A DNA stretch of 64,000 bases from Heptranchias perlo (lineage: Eukaryota): the NCBI RefSeq assembly GCF_035084215.1, contig NC_090338.1, positions 7,874,001 through 7,938,000 on the forward strand, in the 5' to 3' direction. A program made the position numbers and the translations under genes. A model generated the notes under the pieces. That model searched no databases. It saw only the letters and a list, made by a program, of their open reading frames with translations, and was not told where the DNA came from. This document shows positions 23,437 through 34,300 of the stretch, piece after piece (positions within the stretch are counted from its first letter, which is position 1; every line of letters starts with the position of its first letter).

Positions 23437-24314
23437 GTAGGGCTGGCTGTGTGTAGATGAGAAATAGGAGTGGGCCAAGGAAAGATTCTTGGGGGACTCC
23501 GGAAGTAATGGTGCGGGAGAGGGTAGGGAAGTCCTTTTGTTATTTAATCACTCCTGCCCTCCAACTTATCACAGACCTCTCCCGTTTGTTCTATTCCTGC
23601 CCCCCTTTCCTCTGACTTTGTACTTGCTTAAAAGCTGTTCATCCCTAACATCTTCCAGTTCTGATGAAAGGTCATCTAGCTGAAACTTTAACTCTGTTTT
23701 TCTCTCCACAGATGTTGCCTGACCTGCTGAGTGTGTCCTGCATTTTCTGTTTTTATTTCAGATTTCCAGCATCAGCATTATTTTCCTTTTGTATTTATCG
23801 CCTTTCAAATCCTCAGGAACACCCAAAGTCCTTTGCAAGCAATGGATTACTTTCAAAGTGCAATTCCTGTTATTTAGGCAAACTCCATTTTCCCCACAAT
23901 CAGCAACTGGATGAATGAATGACCAGATAACTATTTTTGTTGGTGCTTGAGGGAGGAATGGTCTTCTTTGAATAATGCCATGCGATTTTCAGGTCCATTT
24001 GATCAGGTAAAACACGGCACTTCATCAAAACACGGCACCTCATACAACACAGCACTCCTTCTGGACTGCACTGAACTGACAGCCTAGACGATGTGTTCAG
24101 GTATGTCTGGGGGCCTGAACCCACGATTCAGAGTACTACCTACCGAGCCAAGTTGACAACTGAAATTGCAGGCCCATCAGCATCTGAAATGAGACGGGGA
24201 GAACAACAGGCAAATGTGCAAGATTTCCAATCTACTAACTAATTTGACAAAGAGAATGGTTCAAAAGTTTATGGGTAGATTTTTTAAAAGCTGGAAGGAG
24301 GGGTGAAATATGTG

Positions 24315-24500
24315 TCTAACAGATTATCTGGTCATTATCACATTGCTGTTTGTGGGACCTTGCTGCGCGCAAACTGGCTACCCGTTTCCCTATGTTACAA
24401 ACATGGCTACACTTCAAAAGTACTTCACAGGCTGTAAAGCGCCTTTAGACGTCTCAATGTCGTGAAAAGCGTGATATAAATGCAAATCTTTTCTTTTTTA
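24315..24500 (+). mobile_element. Deu-domain SINE 3' half, just upstream of the Pcdh promoter
   Basis: CAGATTATCTGGTCATTATCACATTGCTGTTTGTGGGACCTTGC...TATAAATGCAA. Confidence 0.75.
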
Positions 24501-27500
24501 CCTTGTTAGGGTTTTTGTTTTACAGTATTTTTGAAAATCGATAATTGGTGAGGCGCGGTATCTCGTCACAGCTAATTATATGGCATCGAAATGCTGTTGC
24601 AGTTATCAAAGGGTTAATATAGCCCTGCCCGAGTCCTCCAATGAGGTGGTGAAGTGGAGCTCGAGATCGGTTACATCAAACTGCACTCCCGCCTTTCCAC
24701 CGGATACAGTAAAAATTCAGAAACAGCACTCGGCTGAGTGTGGGTGAAGCAACGGTAAGGACCAGAGTCTAAGAAATCGGAGATGTTGCCTGCTATGGGG
24801 AGGCTTTGTGTCAGCATGTCTGCAGGTCTTCATGCTGGAACCGGAGGATCAATGTGCGTCTTTACGCATATCGCTTGTTAAATCTCCACTGAAACAATGC
24901 TCAGTTATTTTGCTTCTCGTGCGTCCTAATGCTGAATATAACAAGAACTTGTAAGGTTGGGATTCGCACAAGGTATTACCATGGAAATGGCGAGTTCGCA
25001 AAAAAGTACCTGGTTAAAATGGCAAGTGGTCACCCTTATTATATCGACTTGTGTTTGGGATTTTATCACTGGACAAATTCGGTACTCAATTCCCGAAGAA
25101 CTGAAGCACGGGGCGTTTGTTGGGAATATTGCCGACGATTTGGGATTGGATGTCAGACAGCTGTCCGCTCGCAGGTTTCGCATCGTCCCTGGTCCCAACA
25201 CGCAGTATTTAGAGGTGAATCTGGAGAACGGAATTTTGTTTGTGAACGAGAAAATGGACAGGGAGCAGCTCTGTGATCTCAGCTCCACCTGCTTTCTGCA
25301 TTTAGAGATTGTCATTGAAAATCCACTCGAATTGTACCGCGTGGAAGTGGAGATATTGGATGTGAACGACAATTCTCCCGGTTTCCCTTGGCGCGAATTC
25401 CGTTTGGAGATCGCCGAGTCGGTGGCTCTTGGGGCGCGTTTCCCACTCGAGAACGCCCACGATCCAGATGTAGGCGCCAATTCTCTGCAGACCTACCGGC
25501 TCAGTCCCAATGAACACTTTACCTTGGAGGTCCAGACTCGCAGCGAACGCAATAAATTCCCCGTATTGGTGCTAGAGAGGTCCCTGGACCGGGAACACCA
25601 GGCCGTTCACCAGCTGGTCCTGACTGCCCTGGACGGCGGGGTCCCGGAGAGATCCGGCACCGCTCTGGTAATCGTTACTGTCCTTGACGTTAACGACAAC
25701 GCTCCCGTCTTCGACCAGGCTGTTTATACAGTCTGCCTGGTGGAAAACGCTCCGAGAAACACTTTGGTGATAAAGCTTAACGCCACCGATTTGGACGAGG
25801 GCTCCTATGGAGAGGTGACCTATTCCTTCAGCAACCACGCGCCCGCCAGACTGCGCCAGCTGTTTCGGGTAGAACCCCAAACTGGCGAGATTCGGGTCAA
25901 AGGGGTGGTGGATTATGAAGAGGCGAGTGTTTATGAGATTTATGTACAGGCTAAGGATAGGGGTCTTTACACGGCGGCCGTGCATTGCACGGTGGTGGTG
26001 GAAATCATTGATGTCAACGACAATGTGCCCGAAGTTATACTAACTTCAGTGTCCAGTCCGGTTCGGGAGGACGCTTTTCCCGGGACTGTGATCGCTCTGA
26101 TCAGTGTAACGGACCGGGATTCTGGGGAAAACGGGAAAACCACCTGCTACATTCCCACTCATCTCCCCTTCAAACTCCAGTCATCTTTCAAGAACTATTA
26201 CACCCTGGTCACGGATGACCTGCTGGATCGTGAAAGTGTCCTGGAGTACAACGTTAGCATTACTGTCATAGATTCGGGCTCACCTCCTCTCTCCACCGTC
26301 AAAACCATCCTAGTGCAGGTTTCAGACGTAAACGACAACGCGCCACGTTTTGCACACCCGTCTTACACGGTTTATTTGATGGAGAATAACGCGCCCGGGG
26401 CGTCCATCTGTTCGGTGTCCGCCTTGGATCCAGATATTGACCAGAATGCCTATGTGTCCTACTGCATCTTGAATAGCAAGATAAGGGGCACCCCGATGTC
26501 CACTTACGTCTCCATCAACTTGAACACAGGGAACCTCTACGCGCTGCGCTCTTTCGACTATGAGCAACTCAAGAATTTCCAGGTCCTGGTTCAGGCTCAG
26601 GACGCTGGCTTTCCATCGCTCCACAGCAACGTAACGGTGAACGTGATTATCCTGGATCAGAACGACAATGCTCCGGAAGTCGTGTCCCCGTTGCGCCCGA
26701 ACGGTTCGGCGGAGATGGTGCCTCGATCGGCGGATCCCGGCTATGTCGTGGCGAAGGTGACTGCAGTCGATGCCGATTCCGGCCAGAACTCCCGACTCTC
26801 TTACCAGCTGTTCCAAGCTACCGACCCGGGTCTGTTCAGCGTGGCACCTTTCACGGGAGAAATTAGGACCACCCGCCGCTTTGAAGACCACGACGCCCCC
26901 AAACAAAGGCTTGTCGTCCAAGTCATGGACAATGGACAGCCACCACTTTCCACCTCAGTCACCATCATCGTGTCAGTAGTCGACAGTGTTCCGGAGATCT
27001 TCTCAGACTTAACCGAGAGGCCCGAAAACATCGAATACTTCTCCGATTTCAATCTTTACTTAATCGTCTCTTTAGGCTCGGTCTCATTCGTGTTCCTGGT
27101 GGCCATCATCACCCTGGTCTCCATCAAGTGTCACAAAGATAGACACGGCACCCTTGGCCGCAACTGCCCTCGCAGTACCTGTTGCTCCCGCTGTTGTCTC
27201 CGGAGGAAGCATTCGGGAGACGTGCTCAATAATTCCCACGCCAACTTTCAGATGCCGCCCAGTGTAAAAGCCCCGCCAAGTTGCATGGAAGTGGGCGGCA
27301 GCGGCTCCCTTTCTCAAACCTACTGCTATAAGGTGTGTTTAAGTCCCGAATCGGCTAAGACCGACTTAATGTTCCTCAAACCCTACAGCTCATCCACACC
27401 CGCTGGGAATAACGCGAAGCCTGCTAACCCATACGTGACTGCGTGGAGAAGGCAGACTTCAGATGGGGCAGACATTGGAACCAACGGATCCAGCGAGGTG

Positions 27501-28100
27501 AGTTATGAAATAGATGATCAGATCTTCACCTAATTCTCCTCATTGGAGAAGAGGAAGAATTCGCTATTGGGCATAATTAAATTTTAGTTCCATATTTTAA
27601 GTTCACGACAGGCATTACCGATTATTAAAATAACCACAAGCCATCACCTATTTCAGGCACTGGCGTTTAGGGATAGAATTGTGCCTGTTCTTTGTGCATT
27701 TATCCAGCAGCCCTTCTAACACCTGCGAGTTACCCGCTAGTACCAATTTAGTGGCGCTAGCTAAAGGGGAAAGCAATTGATTGAATTGCGCGATTATTCG
27801 ACCACAGAGCGCCATAAACGGGTTATTGTCACGTTTAGAATGATCCATAACCTGTGATTTATCTTTTTCACAGGTTTCAGGTCTCCATGGTGCGTTGTTC
27901 ATTCCTTGAACGGGAATTAATGAAGAGATCCTTTCTTACGAGATTTCCCCAGTGTAGTGCAGGATATAGCGCTCACAGACTTTTAACATAACAGTGAATT
28001 CAAAGTACTCTATCTCTCATGGCCTGCCGAAAATTGTCTCCGCTACGAATAAAAGCGGCGTCTAGACTACCTACAGTAAATTAGAATGACAGGGACAGTG
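24500..28100. promoter_or_regulatory. CpG island covering the protocadherin promoter, exon and start of the intron
   Basis: CpG is frequent from ~24540 to ~28100, against strong CpG depletion in the flanks. This is typical of protocadherin variable exons that have their own promoter. Confidence 0.65.
24981..27497 (+). CDS. Protocadherin large first/variable exon (clustered-type, with gamma-C/PCDH10-like features): signal peptide, EC1-EC6, TM, variable cytoplasmic domain; spliced in phase 0 to downstream exons not recognised in this window
   Basis: Intact ORF 24957-27533. Strong-Kozak ATG (accATGG) at 24981. Signal peptide ...[19 protein letters not shown] then [11 protein letters not shown]1 C-X5-C motif (CDLSSTC). 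Five DxNDN linkers, giving 6 ECs. TM segment [21 protein letters not shown]. Cytoplasmic motif [21 protein letters not shown]. Consensus donor GAG|gtgagt at 27497/27498, in phase 0 (2517 nt = 839 codons). Confidence 0.95.
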
Positions 28101-30939
28101 GGTCTACGAAGCCCAGAGCAAATCTGATAAACAGTGGTATTTAATTAACTGCATCAAAGGGAACAGTCCTCTACAGAAACCCTTTGAACTGTTTTGATAA
28201 CTTCCAGCAAAAAAAAATGTTTTAAGCAGATTGGTAATGCAGCTCCGCAATAAAATGATCAGAAATGCTTAAGATGAGCTTGATAAATAGAATGCAAACT
28301 ATTTTGATCACTAGCGTTCAAATAAGACCATTATGCCCTTGAGGTGGCGTGGAATTAGATTCATCTTAACTCTTTGAACGTTTGCAGTTGGGATTTTAAT
28401 ACTAGGTATTAAACATTTGATTTTTCCCCACCTGCTTCAAAGTGAACTATCAATACGAAAAGCCTAGGGCGCATAACGTTATTTCGGGGTTCAATGGGAA
28501 CATCGTATTGTTACAGTACTTGTATATGATTTTGGAGGAAAAAAAGTGTTATTTCTTTCTAGAAATGCGACGAAGAAAAACCTTTTGGTATTAGAGAGGG
28601 TTAATTTACAGAAGAGAAAAACACGGTGTTTCCTAACAATTTGCCCAGAGCTAAGGTATAAATCATCCATATGTAGTAACTTTAGAGAAAGGGCATTTCT
28701 GCCAGAGATGCACACGGACTGGTAAAGGGTAAGTCGAAGCAATATGACCGTGCCTTTGATTCATGTCAGATACTGTTTCCTCACTCTCTCAGTACGCCAG
28801 CGGCAGTGTGTAAATCAAAAACTGCCCTTTTCGGCGTAGGAGCCTTTTTCTATTGATTAAAGCACTCTGCCCTTCAACTATTCTCGTTATTAAAAGTCTG
28901 AAACTGCGTCGTTCTCCCTTCTGTTAAATCAAGCATGTCGGGTTTTTTTTTGCACTTAATTGCAACCGGACTTTTTTTTTAGGCAGTTAATTCTCAGATT
29001 GCTGACATTTTCTATCGTCTGAAATAGCCCAACTCCTTTTAATGACACCATTTTCTAAATATGCATTGCAGCGTCTACATATTTCCTGACGATTATACAA
29101 TTGTAGGGGCCGGACGATTATACCGTTGAATCTTATTTCATGCAACTCAAATAGATCACCAGCCAGGATATTTGAAAACACAGAATGCTAAAAACGAGCA
29201 CTGTGAATCATATATGTACAACATTTAAAATGTAACCCCCCCTTTTTTTTGTTTGAAAATTTGCCATATTGTGTGTCTTTTTTTTAATGTGTTACTTTCA
29301 CCCAATTTCACTTCAACAAAAATCAGCATTTCAATTAACTTCATTACGAGTACACCTGCAGCTGGGAGTCTATTCTTCCACCATGTGACTCTATGCAGCC
29401 CACTGCTCCATGGGAAGGAGCCACGCTGCAGAGAGACATTGGATTCAGAGCCAAGTAGCAAAGTAATTTTGGAACCTGTGATGCACAGCATAAGGCAATA
29501 CTCTGTTGCAATTGCACAGTGGTCTGTTAACGATTTTTTTCATTATACAGTACAATCCCACCGTGCCAAAAAAGCAGTTCAATTGCCTTTTTTATGCTGT
29601 GCAGTTTTATTACATTTTCAGGTTTTGGAAATGGAGTTTCTAGGGGCAATGATCACAGTTGCTGTGGTTATAGTGGTGTGTTTAATAATGTTATATTTGA
29701 TATTTATACATTATTCAAGGGTGGCTCATATATTTTTTTTCTGTTATGTGGCCGAGGATTAATAACTGCAGCACAGTGCCACAGGCAATGTGTGCCAGTA
29801 TGACTGTGGGTCAAGTGAGTAGAAATATTGGGAGCTGGTTGGTACATGCAATATAGTTCTGATTGTCTGATATGTTATTTTACAGAATCACCACAGGGAG
29901 AAAGCAATATTCTGGCTTTTGGTAATTTTTATATTAACGACTTACCACCAACTGGGTAATAACAGTTTAACTGTTATGAATACTCTGGGTGGTATTAACA
30001 AGTGGTCACAAATTCTGACATAGTCAACATAGTAAATATTTTACAACAATGGACTCATCTACATGGGCAACCTGGACTCAGAAACACAACACAATTTGGT
30101 CAAATTCACAGATGTTACTAAATGATGGGACAGAGAGAGAGAGACAGAGCGCCAAACACATTTGATAATTCAGTCAAGGAGCTGCGTAGCTACCCAGACA
30201 AAATATGGAACTGGGAAAAATTATGGCAGATGGAATTCAGTACAGATAGCTACAAGGTGTTAAACATTAGAAGGAACAGTGAGTTGCACTTACTCAATGA
30301 ACTGCTAAACTAACAAGGGGAGAGGCTGCAAGAGAACTGGAAACAGTAGTTGACTGAACAGTTTAGTTCATCTAAGTTTTACGAAGTAGCAATCAACAAA
30401 AGCAAACAGAATGCTGATGATTGCAGTTTTGGTCACGTCTAAGCTGTGGAAAACAGTTCACAGAAGGGCAAAGAGGCTGATCCTTAGTGTCAGAGGACTG
30501 ATTATAAGAAAAGACTAGAAACGTAGGCTCTTTAATTTTTAAGGATGTGAAAGATATAGAGGTAAAAATGATACTAGTGTAGACATTCCAATAGGGGCAG
30601 GTTGTTGACGGGGATGGTGCAGTGTGACATCCACCTGACTTGTTGTTTCTGGCCATTCCCACCTTAACTCCCAAGTTTGTGGTTAATGACATGTATATGG
30701 CAAGTTCCTGTCTACTCCAAGGAATGCCTGTTGGAGCTCACACATACTTGATCAGAATATTGGAGTGTTGCTTCAGTAGTCTTTTATAGGGCTGTAATAC
30801 AGATAATGTTAAAAGAAAGAAAGATGTTGTATTTATATAGCGCCTTTCACAACCGCAGGATGTCCCAAAGTGCTTTACAGCCAATTAAGTATTTTTGAAG
30901 TAAAATCACTGTTGCAATGTAGGAAACGGGCTCTGGAAG

Positions 30940-33900
30940 AAAAGTGACTATTCTTTACTAATGGTGCAGTCAGCCAGAAGATCTGCCAGACTCACTGATG
31001 GAACAGTGGAAGTGCTGATGCATGAAATGGCAAGCTAGAGCATCTTTGCCAGAGGACAGCAATCCAGAATGCCTGAATTGGGGGGTAGGGTGGGAGAGAT
31101 GGCTGCCAGTGTTAATCTCACACATCCAGAAGTCTTGCAAACAAATGCAAGAAAAAAATGTCAGGCATGAAGGAAACTGCCCATGTAAGAATACTCAAGA
31201 GTTCTCTATGTCAAGTAAATGGCTTGAGTGTTCTTGCCACCCAGCTTTTAATCTCAACCCATTAGGCATTTGTTGCTGCTCCATCAAATCATTCAACCTA
31301 CAGCTCTTTGAAATGCTAATCATGCATGGCCATACTACAGCAGGGCAACCATTCAAGCTGTAACTTACAATTGAAATTCTTGTCACAATGGCATTATAAA
31401 TGGGCTTCAAAATAAAAGTAATTTTAACAAAACCTAGTGGGGTGATGCATGCTTGTTTACTCACGCACATGGTGGCATGCAGGATGGGCACTTGGGTGTC
31501 ACTATATGTGTTCATGGGACTTCCAGCACCTCAACACTACTTCTGTGTTTGCAGGAGAAGATGGTTTATAACAGGAAGGAACAGACCCACATGGAGGAGA
31601 TGCCTAAAACTTCAGGCCATTGTCAGCAATTGAGGTTGCTGACCTCCAGACCCAGCATTGTATGGGAAGCTAGAGGCATGCTCTAAGCTGATGGCTACTA
31701 CCATCCTTCTCTTGTTATGTCACTACTGACTGACTCACTCTCACGCAGGCATTTACTCAAGCATACCATGATACACAGTATATTGCCACTGTTTGAAGAG
31801 CTGCCTTGCATTCAGATTTGTAGCACATATTTTGCTTCATTTTTTGTAGGTGTCCACCATGAGCCAGTCAGCAGTCAGTGGCACATCAAATTCCTATTGA
31901 CACTAGCACAGTCACAAAGCACCTGGGAAGAATTAAATAGTGAGTTTGAGGAGGTTGCATTGAGTGAGCCACAGAGCATGCTGGAGGAGAAGTGGTGGTG
32001 GCAGTGAAGGAGCAGGAACTCGCTGGCCAGAAAGGCAGCTTGCTTCTTTTATCGACTGCAGAGTCTAGGGATTTGAACCCCACAGGGCCTGCGCTAAAAA
32101 CAAGATGTGGTATGAGTACTTGAGCCTGGTCAAAATACCCTGCAAGGTCAGGCTATGAGTGTGGAGGAGTCCACTAGCTACATTTGTGTTATCATACAAG
32201 AAGGCTTCACTGCACTGAAGTCTACATGAGGCATGTGGCAAATCTTATGTGCATCTTCACCAGAGCCCCATATGGTATAGGCCTTAAACATATTGTGAGA
32301 ATCTCTTATGTTTGCAATATTGTTATAGAGGCCTTGGACTTCAATGTGCAACTCTCTTGTCTAGCATCCGGGGGATTATATTGAAAGAACCTTGAGATAG
32401 GGCCTCAGAGACTTCATTGCTGTCTATTTTTGCTCCCTCACAGATCATTGAGCAAGCCAAGGGAGTGCCTGGCAGCAGGGCCATGGCTAGAATAGACATT
32501 AATGAGGCTGCTGACTCTCAAGGTTAATGTCACATCCAGCCCATCCAGCCCCTCAATGCAAGTCACAGCATACGTGTGGGGAAAAGTTGCAGGGCCGTTC
32601 CAGGAATCAGTCCTAGGGACCACCTAAATTCCTAGTGGCATCCACTGAAACTCAATAGCCAGCCATCACACTTACTCCTTCCACAGGGGTATCACTTAGA
32701 AGAAGTCACAGGATGTGATTTAGGAGGCACACATATTTATTAGCACTAACAGTAAGAACAGGAGAAAAAAACACCAAAATCACTGACAGACAACAAAAGT
32801 AGGGTAATAAATTAGTTTCCATGTATCTGAAGTTTGTCGAGAGAATGTCTTATTGATTGTGCAGAATAAGATCGTATCCAGCAAAGGGTAGGCATTAATA
32901 GTAGTTGAGTGATTGCATGTATGTGAACAGAAGAGTTTCCTAAATGAGCAGCTCAGGCACTCAAAGGAATGTCTCTTCAATGAACATCTGGTACAATAGT
33001 CTTCTTGGCTGCACTGGCATTTCTGTTTGTCTGTTTCATTTTACTATAACATCCTTTTAGTATATATCTGCACCTTGCTCTGGCCATGATTGCGATCTCA
33101 TCTTCCTCCTGCATGGCTGGGTTTCTATTTATTGCAAAATTATGCAGCAGGTAACAATAATCTTGGAAATCATAGTGGGCTGTACTGCAAGGTGCTTGCT
33201 GATCTTGCAAACTAATTGAAGAACTGTTTCACAATGCCAATGGTGTGCTTTATATTGATCCTGGTAGTTGAATGGGCCTTGTTGTTTCTGCACTTCTCTT
33301 ATCTGTGACTGCCACAATGGTGTTATTAGTCAGACTGAAGAAGGCAATCTTGGTTTCCTAGGTATTAGCTGTGGCTCAGTGGTAGCACTATAGTACAGAA
33401 GCCCATAAAAGATCTCATGGCACTATTCAAAGAAGAGCAGGGGAGTTCTCCCGGGTGTCCTGGCCAATATTTATCCCTCAGCCAACATTACTGAAACTGA
33501 TGATCTGGTCATTATCTCATTGCTGTTTGTGGGACCTGGCTGTGTGCAAATTGGCCGTCGTGTTTCCTACATTACAACAGTGACTACACTTTGAAAAGTA
33601 CTTCATTGGCTGTAAAGTGCTTTGGACGTCCTATGGTCATGAAGGGCACTATATATGTGCAATTCTTTCTCTTTCTTTCAAGTGTGACACAGATGATTGC
33701 CTTAAGATAAAGGGAGTGTGACAGCTGACTGGGAAGCAGGTATGGAGCTGTATGATCTGGGTGTCTGTGAGAACTGACCAGCTCAACATTGATGGAGCAA
33801 AACCCTTTTCTGTTCTTGAAGAACATGGAATTATGCGCAGGGGCCCAGATAGCTATTTTGGTGGCATTAATGACTTCTGTACTTTGGGAATCGAGCAATG

Positions 33901-34300
33901 CAGTGAAATTGGGCAGCCCTATCATGCTGTTGTTGTCTTTGTCTTTCAACGTGACACCAGCAATTATTTTGTGGCTATAGGGCTTTCCAACTGTATTCAC
34001 TGGATAAAATATCTCTGTAGTCAAGAAGTGACAGATTCCCTGTTCTGGAAGGGTAGAAGAAGTGAGACAGCAACAATGTTAAGTAATTGCTGGTTTCCCA
34101 GTGCTGGATGTTGTTGATTGTATGCACGAAGAGACACAAGGACTGGCTTTCAATCCAATGGTATACACTGACCATAGAGGCTTCCCTTCCCGCAAAATGT
34201 AGATGCTCTGCAATGCCGATTAAAAAAAAAACATTATGGTGAATATGGAGTACCTGGAGTCAATGTAATGCTCATATGCCCATAGTTGAATACTTGTGTC
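30940..34300. mobile_element. Decayed autonomous-type Harbinger/PIF transposon: Myb/SANT-like gene on + (~30960-31700) and HARBI1-like DDE transposase on - (~33000-34200), interrupted by a Deu SINE
   Basis: Minus-strand peptides INATKIAIWAP..FFKNRKGFCSINVELV and SKIIVTCC..HNFA resemble HARBI1-family motifs. Plus-strand LTDGTVEVLM and (ag)EKMVYNRKE resemble the exons of Harbinger Myb genes. Confidence 0.6.
33365..33680 (+). mobile_element. Deu-domain SINE with internal deletion, inserted in the Harbinger transposase
   Basis: Head GTGGCTCAGTGGTAGCAC joins directly to the GATCTCATGGCACTATT...GAAGAGCAGGGGAGTTCTCCC core and tail. Confidence 0.8.

Larger units (their letters stand above)
20494..23531 (-). 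mobile_element. L2 LINE (minus) in four pieces: ~20494-21074, 21118-21314, 21679-21781, 23437-23531
   Basis: The pieces are colinear with the reverse complement of the plus-strand L2 copies at 39785-41130 and 48995-49815; (CAA)n tail at 20494. Confidence 0.8.
20355..23793 (+). mobile_element. Penelope-like element 3' region/pLTR split in two (20355-20493 and 23532-23793) by a nested L2 complex; the distal part has a hammerhead core
   Basis: ...CCTTGCACCATC | TCCTTTTGTTATTTAATCACTCC appear to be contiguous PLE sequence. CTGATGA at 23661-23667, GAAAC at 23682-23686, then CAGATG..GCCTGACCTGCTGAG. Confidence 0.6.

Noticed and set aside
24840-24900. Clustered-Pcdh CSE (CGCT box) at ATATCGCTTG
   Set aside because: Only the 4-bp core matches; the flanks do not fit the CTCF-type CSE well enough to call.
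24957-24980. ORF-track start at 24957 (MGFAQGIT)
   Set aside because: This is a TTG start. The ATG at 24981 has a strong Kozak context and yields a normal signal peptide.
24926-27317. Several antisense and alternative-frame ORFs over the protocadherin
   Set aside because: Shadow ORFs of a GC-rich coding exon, with no recognisable domains.
29253-29762. 169-aa hydrophobic ORF
   Set aside because: Low-complexity AT-rich intronic sequence with a non-ATG start and no family motif.
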